A stretch of DNA of 50,173 nt. Source: Nanobdellota archaeon. GTDB taxonomy: Archaea > Nanobdellota > Nanobdellia > Pacearchaeales > GW2011-AR1. This document shows positions 15,284 through 24,950 of this stretch, piece after piece. Position numbers and translations under genes: made by a program. The notes beneath the pieces were generated by a model. It did no database searches, had not been told where the DNA came from, and was given only the letters and a program-made list of their open reading frames with translations. The stretch's first letter is position 1; the number at the start of each line of letters is the position of its first letter. The DNA is taken from contig JBDLJZ010000002.1 in assembly GCA_039714095.1 (NCBI GenBank), positions 1 through 50,173 of the forward strand, written 5' to 3'.

Positions 15284-17734
15284 TTATTCTACTTTGCTCA
15301 TAGTTGAACTTCCACTTACACCTACAGTACCAATATACTTAGTTCCTGCAGTTGTATCAACAGACACTCCTGGTTCAATCAATCTTGAAGCAGCAGCAAC
15401 TGTGTCAGCAGCATGGTAACCAGCAACTAATAATGCAATATTTCCTGATGTAAATCCATCAGCAAAGCTTTGAACAACATATTGTCCAGCTCCAACTCCT
15501 GTTACATCAGTAAATGCTCCTTCACATAAAGCACCACCTAATAAGTCTGCAGCAGCCGAATTAATACAGCTTCCACCAACAACAACAACATTCTTGTCTT
15601 GCCAAGAACTCTTCTCGCTGTCTTTGAAAACCATTTGTCCAGCAGCAGATAAAGTAGTACCTAACTCTGTCAAATATACTTGCGCATAAGATTCTGAATC
15701 GCCTTCAGGATAATATACTTCTGCATAATCTTCGTCAGGGTTAGTATAGTGCATAATTCTTGGAGCAGTTTCATTGTTAGTTCCAACAATGTATGCTTCG
15801 TAAGTGCTTGTACTATCTCCAACCTCTAAACCATTAGCTCCACCACTTCCGGTACCAACCAGATCTTTAACTTGTAGATTGTTGCTAGATGTATCATCTA
15901 TAGTAAAGTAAAAATCATGCCCTGAACCAATTGTGTCATCTTTGTCTTCACTATCCATATGTAATTGGAAAGAATCGTGACTATTTCCAGCAGCAACTCC
16001 CGAAAGTGTTTGTGTAACATTTATTCCTCCTTTAGCAGTTGTTGTATTCTCAGCTAAATAAGGTAAATAAATTTTCAATCCACCTTTTGTATAAATTGTA
16101 TCAAACTCAACATTTGATCCACCAGTAAGAGCTACTGATTCTGTTCCTCCTGAAGTATATAGAACTGTTCCAATAGTTAAAGAAACATCTCCTATATTAC
16201 AAGAATCTCCTTCTTTTTTATCTTCACAAACTTGTGTCCAAGTTCCATCAACCATTTTATCAATAGTTGTTAAATTTCTAACCGCACTTGAATCGTAAGT
16301 TATTTTAGCCCTCAATAGATAAGATTCAGCTTCTGAAGTAACTGCATATGAAGCAACCATCCAAGAATCCAAATCATTTCCAGCAGATTTTTCAGTAAAA
16401 GTAATACTTGATGTATTACTTGTAACTAATCTTTCATCTGATGCCTTCCCAAGTCCAGTAAAATTACCCGTAGTATCTGAATACAATATATTAAAGTTAA
16501 CCATTCCATCTTCAACAGGAAGGGAAAGTTGAATACTTGTATCTCCATCAGGATCAATACTTACTTTTTCTTCAGTAGACCTAACAAAGTCAGACATAGT
16601 GAATTTAATACCTCCAAATCCTGGCATTTCTAATTCTGAAGCAGAGCTTAAGAATTCTTCCTCATCAGTTCTCCACTCAATAACTATCTTATCCATTTTT
16701 TCACTTCCAGATGATCCAGATGTTTTAGTTAAATAAGCTTTAACACCATTGATAGTGTCATCATTAAGCTTAATATCTGAACCATGAGTTAATTCTAATT
16801 TTCCTGTTCCAATACTAAATGTAGAACTTCCTGTTTCACCAGAAACTTCTAATTTACTAATATCTCTAACTCCAATATAAGCACCATCAGATAATTTAGC
16901 ACTGTTCCCTTTTTGTAACTTGCTTGTTGAAGCTTCTTGTCCATTAACAATGAATTTTACTTCATCAGCATCAATAAAACTAATACTAACTTCATAAGTT
17001 GAACCTCCACTTGTTACAGTAACTGTTTCACCTTCACTAACAGTTGCAATTGATGCAGAGTCAAGTAAAGTAAGTTTACCGAATTGACCAGTAGTTGTTC
17101 CATTTTTGAAATCTGAAATATAGTAAGTTTTACCGAATAACACTAAGTCACTTCCTTCAAAATCATCCATATCTCCTGAGACAACATCTGATTCAGCATC
17201 ATCAATAAAATCAAGAGTATAGTTCATAACAAAAGTACTAGAACCTAATTGAAATCCTAATGTAGGTGTTCTTTCACTTAATCCAACTTCGCTTTCATAA
17301 TCAGAATCTCTGAAATGAGTCAAAATTGGGCTACCTACTTTTATACTTTGTTCATAATCAAAATCATCGTTATCATCTGCAGTGTAAATTCCATCTGCAA
17401 GTAATGTGGGTAAATCTGTATCATCAATTGTTCCAGTAAAAACTCCCCATGTATCTCCAATATTTAAGTTATCACTTGATTTTGCAAGTAATACACTCTC
17501 TCCAGTAGGAGCACCACTTCCAACAGTTACTTTGCTTGATAAGTAGTTTCCAATACTATTTGCTGGTGTTTGATCTAAAGCACCTGCGCCAGTTCCGTAA
17601 ACTACAGCTCCGTCTGCGCTTCCTCCGACCACAAAAGGGGCTGGGAAATTAGCAGCAGCAGCAAAACCTACAGCAGAAACAGTCATTAAACCACTAGCAA
17701 TAACCGCAGAAATTTTTCTAAAATTAAATTTCAT
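15284..17734 (-). CDS. S-layer-like major surface protein
   Basis: Signal peptide MKFNFRKISAVIASGLMTVSAVGFAAAA. 816 aa rich in T/S/G/D with few K. Visibly higher G+C and different codon choice from its neighbours, GGAGGT upstream and an oligo-T terminator, all suggesting high expression. Confidence 0.6.
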   Translation of the reverse strand: MKFNFRKISAVIASGLMTVSAVGFAAAANFPAPFVVGGSADGAVVYGTGAGALDQTPANSIGNYLSSKVTVGSGAPTGESVLLAKSSDNLNIGDTWGVFTGTIDDTDLPTLLADGIYTADDNDDFDYEQSIKVGSPILTHFRDSDYESEVGLSERTPTLGFQLGSSTFVMNYTLDFIDDAESDVVSGDMDDFEGSDLVLFGKTYYISDFKNGTTTGQFGKLTLLDSASIATVSEGETVTVTSGGSTYEVSISFIDADEVKFIVNGQEASTSKLQKGNSAKLSDGAYIGVRDISKLEVSGETGSSTFSIGTGKLELTHGSDIKLNDDTINGVKAYLTKTSGSSGSEKMDKIVIEWRTDEEEFLSSASELEMPGFGGIKFTMSDFVRSTEEKVSIDPDGDTSIQLSLPVEDGMVNFNILYSDTTGNFTGLGKASDERLVTSNTSSITFTEKSAGNDLDSWMVASYAVTSEAESYLLRAKITYDSSAVRNLTTIDKMVDGTWTQVCEDKKEGDSCNIGDVSLTIGTVLYTSGGTESVALTGGSNVEFDTIYTKGGLKIYLPYLAENTTTAKGGINVTQTLSGVAAGNSHDSFQLHMDSEDKDDTIGSGHDFYFTIDDTSSNNLQVKDLVGTGSGGANGLEVGDSTSTYEAYIVGTNNETAPRIMHYTNPDEDYAEVYYPEGDSESYAQVYLTELGTTLSAAGQMVFKDSEKSSWQDKNVVVVGGSCINSAAADLLGGALCEGAFTDVTGVGAGQYVVQSFADGFTSGNIALLVAGYHAADTVAAASRLIEPGVSVDTTAGTKYIGTVGVSGSSTMSKVE

Positions 17735-18108
17735 TTTTTTTATTTTTTAACCTCCTTTCAATTCTATACTCGTTGTCTATGACAACTTCACCTGATAAAT
17801 ATTTTTATCAGAGGAATATAAATGAAAGTATAATTACCTGTCGTATTATTTCTTTAAAAAGATTACGACACTTTTTTTTAGGTTTTCCTCTAAAAACCCC
17901 TAATTTCAAGGTTTATTATATAAATATTATGCTGTCACTAAATCATTAATACATATACAAAATTAATACTAAAACAAAATATTTATTAATAGGGTTTATT
18001 TTAGTAATATATATAAAATATTAATAGATAAGTTTAAACTATATTTTTTACTTATCTATTTAGAAAAATACTATGGCAAAACAGGAAGAAAAATATCAGA
18101 ATTTAGAC

Positions 18109-18127
18109 ATCAGATATCAGAAATCGG
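18109..18127. repeat. left copy of a 19-bp perfect direct repeat bracketing a RelE/antitoxin cassette
   Basis: atcagatatcagaaatcgg, identical to 18754..18772. Embedded in iterated ATCAGAA-like heptamers (18095..18152). Confidence 0.85.
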
Positions 18128-18162
18128 AATTCAGAAGTCAAACATCAGAATCCAATGATTGT

Positions 18163-18420
18163 TCAATAAATCTTGTCGTGATGTTTAAATCTATTAAAGA
18201 TAAGAATGTTCTTTTCAACTTTGAATATAAGAACAAAACTTCCAATATGAACTCTTTTATAGTCTTTCAGATTTCCCCTAAGATTTTTAAAATGATTGAT
18301 AGAAATAATATCAAGATTAGCAATTTGATTAATTTTTTTTTGAACCGCTTTAAACAATTGAATGTCTTTTCTTTTGAGTTTTTTGAGAGTTTTTTGAATA
18401 AGTGTAATATCTACATTCAT
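18163..18420 (-). CDS. RelE/ParE-family toxin
   Basis: ..YKRVHIGSFVLIFKVEKNILIFNRFKHHDKIY. Start moved to MNVDI (18420), which gives the usual 4-nt ATGA overlap with the antitoxin stop. Confidence 0.65.
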   Translation of the reverse strand: MNVDITLIQKTLKKLKRKDIQLFKAVQKKINQIANLDIISINHFKNLRGNLKDYKRVHIGSFVLIFKVEKNILIFNRFKHHDKIY

Positions 18421-18692
18421 ATTGAATCGCACCAATCATTAAACTTATTCAAAGTCATTGGTTTTATTTCACCAGATTTAAGTTTTTTAAAAGTTTGTAT
18501 AGTGGATTCAACAATTTCCTTAACAATAGATTCTTTAACTTCTCTAAAATCGTCTTCAGGAATTTCAGATATGCCATCAATCAAAGATAATTTTAAATTC
18601 ATTACAAATTGTTTAACAACTTTATCTAATGCTAATTTGAATTCTTCATTAAGTTCAGAAGGCACGTCAACTTTAACAACAACTTCAGTCAT
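18417..18692 (-). CDS. cognate antitoxin (family not recognised)
   Basis: 91-aa acidic protein immediately upstream of, and overlapping, the toxin gene. Confidence 0.5.
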   Translation of the reverse strand: MTEVVVKVDVPSELNEEFKLALDKVVKQFVMNLKLSLIDGISEIPEDDFREVKESIVKEIVESTIQTFKKLKSGEIKPMTLNKFNDWCDSI

Positions 18693-18753
18693 GCAAAATA
18701 ATAATAAAGAGGGTTACTTAAAACTTTCTAATAAATATTTCAAAGAGTTTAAT

Positions 18754-18772
18754 ATCAGATATCAGAAATCGG
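18754..18772. repeat. right copy of the 19-bp perfect direct repeat
   Basis: atcagatatcagaaatcgg. Confidence 0.85.
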
Positions 18773-18808
18773 TTCCCACTATGATGAGAGATAGGGGGTG
18801 TCCTCGCT

Positions 18809-19168
18809 ATGGCTAAAAACAAAACAAAAACAAGAGAAATTACAATAAAAGAATCTAAAGGAGCATTTTCATTATTAAAAAAATCTGGAGTATCAAAAAA
18901 AGATTATGATTTTTCAGGAGTTCTCGCTTTAAGACAATTATTAAGTAATGAAAAAGCAAGAATTTTAAATGTTATTAAGACCCAAAATCCCACTTCAATT
19001 TATGATTTAGCTAAAAAACTTGGGAGAGGTTTTAAATCTGTAAGTGATGATATTAAACTTTTAGAGAGGTTTGGATTTATTGAACTCATTGAAGAAAAAA
19101 CAAAAAATAGAATTAGACATCGCCCAGAAATAGTAGTAGATAGTATAATTATTAATATCAAAGTTTAG
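18809..19168 (+). CDS. winged-helix transcriptional regulator (ArsR/MarR-like)
   Basis: ..LSNEKARILNVIKTQNPTSIYDLAKKLGRGFKSVSDDIKLLERFGFIEL.. has an HTH-plus-wing pattern. The ATG is preceded by the family-1 tail ggtgtcctcgct (18797..18808). Confidence 0.55.
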   Translation: MAKNKTKTREITIKESKGAFSLLKKSGVSKKDYDFSGVLALRQLLSNEKARILNVIKTQNPTSIYDLAKKLGRGFKSVSDDIKLLERFGFIELIEEKTKNRIRHRPEIVVDSIIINIKV

Positions 19169-19686
19169 TAATAAACAACAAAATTAATGCTTATCTCACT
19201 ACCACTTCTAAAAAATTCCTGTACAGCACCCTTAGAATTAGATGTTATATTCCCTTCTTGAATAAATAATAATTCTTTACCTCCAGAGAATATTTTTATT
19301 TTCCTCCCCTTTAAAGGTCTGTCTTCTCCAACTTTCCAATACTCTTCAAAAATTTTATTCAATGTTTCTTCTAATATCTCACAAGTGTCTTGTCCATCTA
19401 AGCATTTGTCTTGATTATCACAACTAAATATAAGCTTTTGAACAGATAAATAATCTAAATTATCAGATCTTCTACATTCACTTGTGTGTTGTAAAAATGC
19501 TTGAATAAAACTCTCAATTTCATAACTTTTTATAGTTTCCTTTTCATTATTTCTTAAAGAAATACTCAAAAAAACAAGTAACACAACTGAAACTATAATT
19601 ATTATCATTGCAAATCCCACTATTTCTTCCTGCCCTTTCTTAGACCTCCGACATTCGGTATCCGATATCCAATTTTTATCCATCAT
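19165..19686 (-). CDS. class III signal peptide (type IV pilin-like) protein, 173 aa
   Basis: RRSKKGQ|EEIVGFAMIIIIVSVVLLVFL. The leader contains a G+C-rich patch (ggatatcggataccgaatgtcggaggtc). Confidence 0.55.
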   Translation of the reverse strand: MMDKNWISDTECRRSKKGQEEIVGFAMIIIIVSVVLLVFLSISLRNNEKETIKSYEIESFIQAFLQHTSECRRSDNLDYLSVQKLIFSCDNQDKCLDGQDTCEILEETLNKIFEEYWKVGEDRPLKGRKIKIFSGGKELLFIQEGNITSNSKGAVQEFFRSGSEISINFVVYY

Positions 19687-19751
19687 AACCCTCCATTATG
19701 CAAGTTTTGCGAAGCAACTTGTATGCGCGAAGCGAATGTGTGGGTAAAATT

Positions 19752-20249
19752 TTATCCATCATAACCCACCATTAATTTAACAACTTCACATTTATCATAA
19801 ACTTTTCCCTCAAATAAATCCTTCCAGCATAATGAGACGAAATTTGAATATTCTGATGTAATGTTTGAAGAATAAAGTTTTATAATATCGCAATTAGGAT
19901 AATTTCCTAAATTACACGTCAAAGGTGTTGGACTTTGTTTTCTAATTTCAATATTTGAAACTCCCCAAAAATTAACATATTTTGAAGAACTTTCTTTTAA
20001 CATCATTACTTTGTCTGCATCTACACAATTTATTCTATTAGAGCCAAATGATTCTCCACATGAAAATTCAGGTGAATTAGCAAGTCTTGAAACTAAAAGC
20101 ATTGCGTTTTTTTCTTCAAGTTCTAAAGCAGATTCTCTTAAATTTGAAGTTGATATAGTCAGTACAAACATCCCTGCCAAAACAAAAAACAAAGTAATTG
20201 CCATTAGCATAAATGCCATCTGCTGTATTTTTAATTGTCCTTTTTTCAT
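19752..20249 (-). CDS. class III signal peptide (type IV pilin-like) protein
   Basis: MKKGQ|LKIQQMAFMLMAITLFFVLAGMF. Start moved from TTG 20294 to ATG 20249 because the extension lies inside repeat copy C. Confidence 0.6.
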   Translation of the reverse strand: MKKGQLKIQQMAFMLMAITLFFVLAGMFVLTISTSNLRESALELEEKNAMLLVSRLANSPEFSCGESFGSNRINCVDADKVMMLKESSSKYVNFWGVSNIEIRKQSPTPLTCNLGNYPNCDIIKLYSSNITSEYSNFVSLCWKDLFEGKVYDKCEVVKLMVGYDG

Positions 20250-20260
20250 TTTTTTATTTT

Positions 20261-20356
20261 GAAGGGTTACGCCGAAGTTATTGGAGAGCGACAAATGTTA
20301 AAAACCAATAGCGACTTTCCAATGGCTGAGCAAAAGGAAACCGTAGGTGTCCTCGC
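20261..20356 (+). repeat. G+C-rich structured repeat, family 1, copy C (H2 + tail, + orientation between two minus-strand genes)
   Basis: gaagggttacgcc, then the H2 hairpin (20274..20331), then aaaggaaaccgtaggtgtcctcgc. The last base is shared with the stop codon of the upstream gene. Confidence 0.6.
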
Positions 20357-21282
20357 TACCATAATCTACACTGACTATTTAATTCATTATCATTAATTTT
20401 TTGTGCAATATTCCATACACTTCCAATATTAGCAGAGTCAATTAATCCATTAGCAGAATTACTTAATTGAACCAAATCATTTCCTAAATTTGAATTACAA
20501 CCTCTCTGAGAAATAAATGATTCTTTGTCTTGATAAATTTTAGATAGTTGTTTTATTCTTTTCATAATTCTTTGTAATTGACAATTATAAATTTTTTTAT
20601 CTGAAAAAATTGTAGCATACATTAATGCATCTGTTCTAAAATGCAAAATTTCTCCCTCTTTTTCAACTGTTTGTGCCCCATAATTAACTTGCACATCACA
20701 ATCTTCATAATTAAAACAAACATTTATTTTATTTGATAAATCCTCACAATCTTTTGTAAAAATATTTCCTTGGCTTAGGGTTTCTAACTCTTCTTTAATA
20801 TTTTCTGGTGCATTTAAAAAACAATAATTTTTATTTGAAGATGTTAAATAAATTAAATCTGTAACTTTAAAAGGAAATTCCAAGGGTTTTGAAAAAATGT
20901 AAAATGTTTTTCCTTCTGCATATGCTTCTGAAAAAATATATTTATTCTCAAAGCTTACTTCTACATCTGTTTGCGTCCATTTATCAAAACTTTTTTGAGA
21001 AATTTGAATTCCTTGTTTTCCAAAAACACTTAAGTTATTACATCTGTTATAAATTCTTGTTTCAGCAGGAAAAATAATTGTAGTAGTTTTTCCAACTTCA
21101 AACCCAGTCTCTAAAGGATTCAATAACACTCCGATTTCATTTGCTGTTTTAGCCCCAATAATAGTCTCTTGTGTACTAATTGTTTTTGTCACAGCATAAA
21201 TTGTTAGAGATAAAATCATTGCACCAACAATAATAGCAAAAAGCCAAGCAAAAGATATTTGTAAAAATCCTTTTTTATTCAT
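20356..21282 (-). CDS. class III signal peptide (type IV pilin-like) protein, about 308 aa
   Basis: MNKKGF|LQISFAWLFAIIVGAMILSL. Start moved from TTG 21333 to the internal ATG, which removes the overlap with the upstream gene. Confidence 0.6.
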   Translation of the reverse strand: MNKKGFLQISFAWLFAIIVGAMILSLTIYAVTKTISTQETIIGAKTANEIGVLLNPLETGFEVGKTTTIIFPAETRIYNRCNNLSVFGKQGIQISQKSFDKWTQTDVEVSFENKYIFSEAYAEGKTFYIFSKPLEFPFKVTDLIYLTSSNKNYCFLNAPENIKEELETLSQGNIFTKDCEDLSNKINVCFNYEDCDVQVNYGAQTVEKEGEILHFRTDALMYATIFSDKKIYNCQLQRIMKRIKQLSKIYQDKESFISQRGCNSNLGNDLVQLSNSANGLIDSANIGSVWNIAQKINDNELNSQCRLW

Positions 21283-21292
21283 CTTCTTAGAT

Positions 21293-21886
21293 TTATTTAA
21301 TTGTAACCAATGCTTCTCCATATTGTTTTTCAATTACAAGTTTAATTTTACCTTTTATATTTTCTACACAAAACGGATTATCTCTTAAAATTGTCTTTGC
21401 TAAATCAAGATGTTTAATCTCTTTTGAATTTAATCCTTCTGAAGACCCCCCAGGATAGAAAAACAAATTTTCATGTTCTTGATGTAATTGTTTTAATTCA
21501 CTAAAATAAATTCTATATTTCCCCCTGTCTCCTGCAGGATAAAGAGAGTAATCTGCAAAGCAAACATGACTTATTTTTGAAGGCAAAAAATATTCTTTTT
21601 CTTGAGAACTTTGGGTTCCTTTCCATGCTTTATCAATATCTGTTTGAAGATTGTTTGCAAATTTTGCAATTTGTGCTGTGTCCCCTAAATTAAGAAATTT
21701 TTTAATTGCAAAAAAAGAAAACGAAATAAAAATTATAATTAATATAATTGAAAAAATCATCCCAAAAGACAATTTCATCTGCCCTTGTTTATCACATCTT
21801 TTGCCCTTTGTAAAAATCTTCGAAGAAGATTTTTCGGGGCCTCGTAGAGGTTCTCGCACCTCCTTGGTGTACGCCTGTGGTGTCAT
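21293..21886 (-). CDS. class III signal peptide (type IV pilin-like) protein whose 5' end is occupied by repeat family 2
   Basis: ..CDKQGQ|MKLSFGMIFSIILIIIFISF. The only in-frame start upstream of the KQGQ site is the repeat's own ATG (MTPQAYTKEVREPLRGPEKSSSKIFTKGK); the next in-frame ATG is the Met immediately after KQGQ. Confidence 0.55.
   Translation of the reverse strand: MTPQAYTKEVREPLRGPEKSSSKIFTKGKRCDKQGQMKLSFGMIFSIILIIIFISFSFFAIKKFLNLGDTAQIAKFANNLQTDIDKAWKGTQSSQEKEYFLPSKISHVCFADYSLYPAGDRGKYRIYFSELKQLHQEHENLFFYPGGSSEGLNSKEIKHLDLAKTILRDNPFCVENIKGKIKLVIEKQYGEALVTIK
21802..21886 (+). repeat. G+C-rich structured repeat, family 2, copy 1
   Basis: Hairpin AAAAATCTTC-gaa-GAAGATTTTT (21812..21834), then cggggcctcgtagaggttctcgcacctccttggtgtacgcctgtggtgtcat. 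Confidence 0.65.
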
Positions 21887-21930
21887 TAATAAAAATAGAA
21901 TTTTAAACTTATAAATTTAATCAAAATTAA

Positions 21931-24354
21931 TTATAAAACTTGCTCACTACTTGGTCTTGCAATAATACTACAATCACTAGGCAGAGGAGGATTTCCAAAT
22001 TCATCTTTACATTTAACATAAAATGTTTCTTGTGAATCCCATTCAATAAAATGTTCATCTTCATCAACTGTTTGCAATTCAATACCATCCTCAAATTCAT
22101 ATCTACATCCAATGTCTTCTTGGGTGTTATAAACACACATACCTGATTCATCAGTGATTAATTTAAGATAACCATCTTCTTTATACGCTCTTATAACAAC
22201 AGGTGAGCCAATATCAGTTTCAACATCAAAAGTAATATCTTCAAATACAGCATTTCCTCCAGCATCTACACACATAATAGAATAGGCATAATTCCCGTCT
22301 GCCAAATTTAATTCTTGTGTATGTTGATAAGTCATTTCAACTGGGTTGTATAAAAATTGCACATAACTTAAAGTACCTAATGGTTTGTAAGAACAAAATG
22401 CTTTGCCATCTTCTGCACCTGAGGAAGTTTCAATTTCAAAAAGAACTTGAACAGGAGAAGTTGCATCTTTAACAGTTGTTCCATTTGGTTCTGCAAAATC
22501 AATATAAAGTGGCTGTGTTCCTATCAATGTCAATTTTGTTGATTCTTTATTTGTATTTCCACTTGTATCATTACATCTAAAATAATAATTATTTTCTTCT
22601 CTATCTTTTAATCCTGTAAGTGTTGTACTACACGGATAAACTGTTTGCGCATTTCTAACTTCAAAATTTGATGAACAGTCAAAGTCATTTTCCATTAAAT
22701 TATATCCTTTGTCTATAAAATCCCACTTACAATCTGCAGGTTCATTTATGTAAGCAGTTAAACTTGTATTACTTATATTGTATGCAACAGGAGCGTTATT
22801 AGGAATACTTGTATCAACAATTAAAGGAGCAGTAAAATCTTCTCCCTCTTCAACACAAAATTTAAAAATAAATTCTCCTGTATTTGAATTGCCGTTTGCA
22901 TCCTCGCATCTTACAAATAAACTCATATTAGTTCCTTCTTTTATTACAGGTCCTATTGCTCCTATTGAAGGTAAAATCATTGTATGTGAATGATTGTATC
23001 TTGCAAGAGAATTTGAACCAAAATAAAATGACATTTCTTCATAATTATCTTTTCTTTCAGTATCTATTTTACATGTTGCAGGTTCGTCTAAGCTAACCCC
23101 AAATTTTAATGGGGTGTATGCAGAAATACATCCTTGTTCATCACCCTGATTTTCTACTGGACGAATTATAACACCTCTATCTGGGGGTGACTGCGCATTA
23201 TCAGGAGTGTACACAAAATCTTCGTTTAATGCATCTTCCCAAGGCCTTATTTGAGGTGCTTCAGCATCGTTTCTATTAATCCATGTACAAAGTTCTTCTT
23301 CACTTCCAGGATTTAATAACTCACAACCCTTGCCCAAACTTTTACACTGATATTCACTACATCCAAAAATTTCATTATTACATTCACTGCATTTTGACCC
23401 CCCACTTGGAGCTTCCCAAACAGAACATTCAAATGTTACAGATTTGTCCTCTAAGTCTTTGTAATGATTGATAATATACCACACTGCCACTGCAAAACCT
23501 ATATAAGTGCCTGCATTTCCAGAATAACCTTTATTATATATTTTCATTATGGCATTCACAGTAGTTCCTGCTTGAATTCCTTTTTCCAACCCCTCTCCTA
23601 TTGCAACTGCTTTTTTGTCTTCTTCTCCACCCCCAGCAGCTATTATAATAGTTTTTACACCTGCCGCCAGAGTATATCCTGCCAAAAGATATTGTGCAGT
23701 ATCCATAAAACCTGCTCCTCCAACCACAGTTCCTTCATTATTCTCTAATTTTCCTAATTCTGCCTTATTTTCTACTTTTGCATCTACACCATCTTTTGTA
23801 TACATCCAATTGCCTTTATCTTTATAATAATTTTTTCCTTCGTATTCATCTCCTGATAGAGTAAAAGTTTCACTTCCTGATTTTCCAAGAAATGATTCAT
23901 ACCATGAGGGCGATGATGAACTCTCGCCTGGAGTGTCTGTTCCAGCTCCACCAGTACCTGTTTCTTGTAAAGGAGCGATAGGATAATCTCCAGGTGTTTC
24001 AAATCCTGCAGATGGTTGAGAAGGGATGTCATTAAAACTTGCGGGATTTGGAGTTCCAGAAAGACCTAAGTTTGGGTTTTGCCCTGAAGAAGAGGTTTGA
24101 GATATACCGAGTCTTCTATTTAATTCTTCTTTACCTTTTGTATTAATAGTTTTCCACCCACTCCCATCAAGTTTTTTATATTCATAAGTATTTCCAGAAT
24201 ATCTATATATGTAAGGATCGCCTGGAAAGTTGATTATATCTCCTTCTGTAGCTTCAACAACCCCTACCTCACTTCCAACAGCATAAGAAATTGCCACAAT
24301 TCCTAATAGCAAAATCATTACTTGACACACCCCAAACGTTTTCTTAATTTTCAT
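21931..24354 (-). CDS. 807-aa secreted/membrane surface protein, homologous to the C-terminal half of the 1216-aa protein
   Basis: Signal peptide MKIKKTFGVCQVMILLLGIVAISYA, two mid-protein hydrophobic helices, a Cys cluster CSVWEAPSGGSKCSECNNEIFGCSEYQCKSLGKGCE, and repeated units ending [YF]x[VFI][RK]CxDxxGN. Confidence 0.7.
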   Translation of the reverse strand: MKIKKTFGVCQVMILLLGIVAISYAVGSEVGVVEATEGDIINFPGDPYIYRYSGNTYEYKKLDGSGWKTINTKGKEELNRRLGISQTSSSGQNPNLGLSGTPNPASFNDIPSQPSAGFETPGDYPIAPLQETGTGGAGTDTPGESSSSPSWYESFLGKSGSETFTLSGDEYEGKNYYKDKGNWMYTKDGVDAKVENKAELGKLENNEGTVVGGAGFMDTAQYLLAGYTLAAGVKTIIIAAGGGEEDKKAVAIGEGLEKGIQAGTTVNAIMKIYNKGYSGNAGTYIGFAVAVWYIINHYKDLEDKSVTFECSVWEAPSGGSKCSECNNEIFGCSEYQCKSLGKGCELLNPGSEEELCTWINRNDAEAPQIRPWEDALNEDFVYTPDNAQSPPDRGVIIRPVENQGDEQGCISAYTPLKFGVSLDEPATCKIDTERKDNYEEMSFYFGSNSLARYNHSHTMILPSIGAIGPVIKEGTNMSLFVRCEDANGNSNTGEFIFKFCVEEGEDFTAPLIVDTSIPNNAPVAYNISNTSLTAYINEPADCKWDFIDKGYNLMENDFDCSSNFEVRNAQTVYPCSTTLTGLKDREENNYYFRCNDTSGNTNKESTKLTLIGTQPLYIDFAEPNGTTVKDATSPVQVLFEIETSSGAEDGKAFCSYKPLGTLSYVQFLYNPVEMTYQHTQELNLADGNYAYSIMCVDAGGNAVFEDITFDVETDIGSPVVIRAYKEDGYLKLITDESGMCVYNTQEDIGCRYEFEDGIELQTVDEDEHFIEWDSQETFYVKCKDEFGNPPLPSDCSIIARPSSEQVL

Positions 24355-24683
24355 TTTATCTTTAACATGTCTTTTATTTGTTTATCTATTTCATTTAAAT
24401 GAATCTCTTCTAAATTTCCTAATTTATTTTTGATTTTTCTATAATCAATTATTCTAAGTTGAAACACCAAAGCAATAGAATCTTCATTTAATTTATTCTC
24501 TTTAGAGCTTTTTACATTATAAGTAAAATGATATTTTAATGCAGATTTATTTGTTGTTAGAGGGATAATTGAAACAATATTAGAATTCTTTTCAGAATAA
24601 ATTATAACTGGTCTGCATCCTTGCTGTTCATGACCTTGACCAAACAAATCAACTAAATAAATATCTCCTTTAGCAAATTTCAT
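24351..24683 (-). CDS. mazF: MazF/PemK-family endoribonuclease toxin
   Basis: KGDIYLVDLFGQGHEQQGCRPVIIYS..IIPLTTN. ATGA overlaps with both the antitoxin gene upstream and the 807-aa gene downstream. Confidence 0.8.
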   Translation of the reverse strand: MKFAKGDIYLVDLFGQGHEQQGCRPVIIYSEKNSNIVSIIPLTTNKSALKYHFTYNVKSSKENKLNEDSIALVFQLRIIDYRKIKNKLGNLEEIHLNEIDKQIKDMLKIK

Positions 24684-24886
24684 AAATTTTTTTCAAAGTT
24701 TTTACAAGCTTCATCACTTAAAATCTCCCAAGCATCTAATTCTTTTTTCAATTCAATCTCATTTTTCATGCTCTCTAAATAAAAAGACATAATTGCTTTC
24801 TCTACAACTTCTCTAAAATCAAAGCCTGTTTCTTTAGTCATTGCTTTAATCTTCTCTTCTACTTCATTTGAAATATCAATTTGCAT
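24680..24886 (-). CDS. antitoxin for MazF (68 aa, family not recognised)
   Basis: Small acidic protein with a 4-nt overlap with mazF. Confidence 0.5.
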   Translation of the reverse strand: MQIDISNEVEEKIKAMTKETGFDFREVVEKAIMSFYLESMKNEIELKKELDAWEILSDEACKNFEKNL

Positions 24887-24950
24887 TGTAGTCTAAATTT
24901 TTGAAGATTTTTAAAACTTCCCTCCTTTCTAATTTTTTTAAATTTTTCAT

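Noticed and set aside
18073-18816. 247-aa plus-strand ORF spanning the whole 18.1-18.8 kb region
   Set aside because: It is antisense to a well-formed RelE/antitoxin pair with the usual 4-nt overlap. Its sequence is low-complexity (runs of S/N/F/K). Its ends are made of the 19-bp direct repeats, and it has no recognisable motif. It is most likely a shadow ORF of AT-rich DNA.
20250-21333. Long N-terminal extensions of two pilin-like genes from TTG starts (20294 and 21333)
   Set aside because: Internal ATGs give canonical short basic leaders (MKKGQ, MNKKGF). One extension lies inside a repeat element, and the other overlaps the upstream gene.
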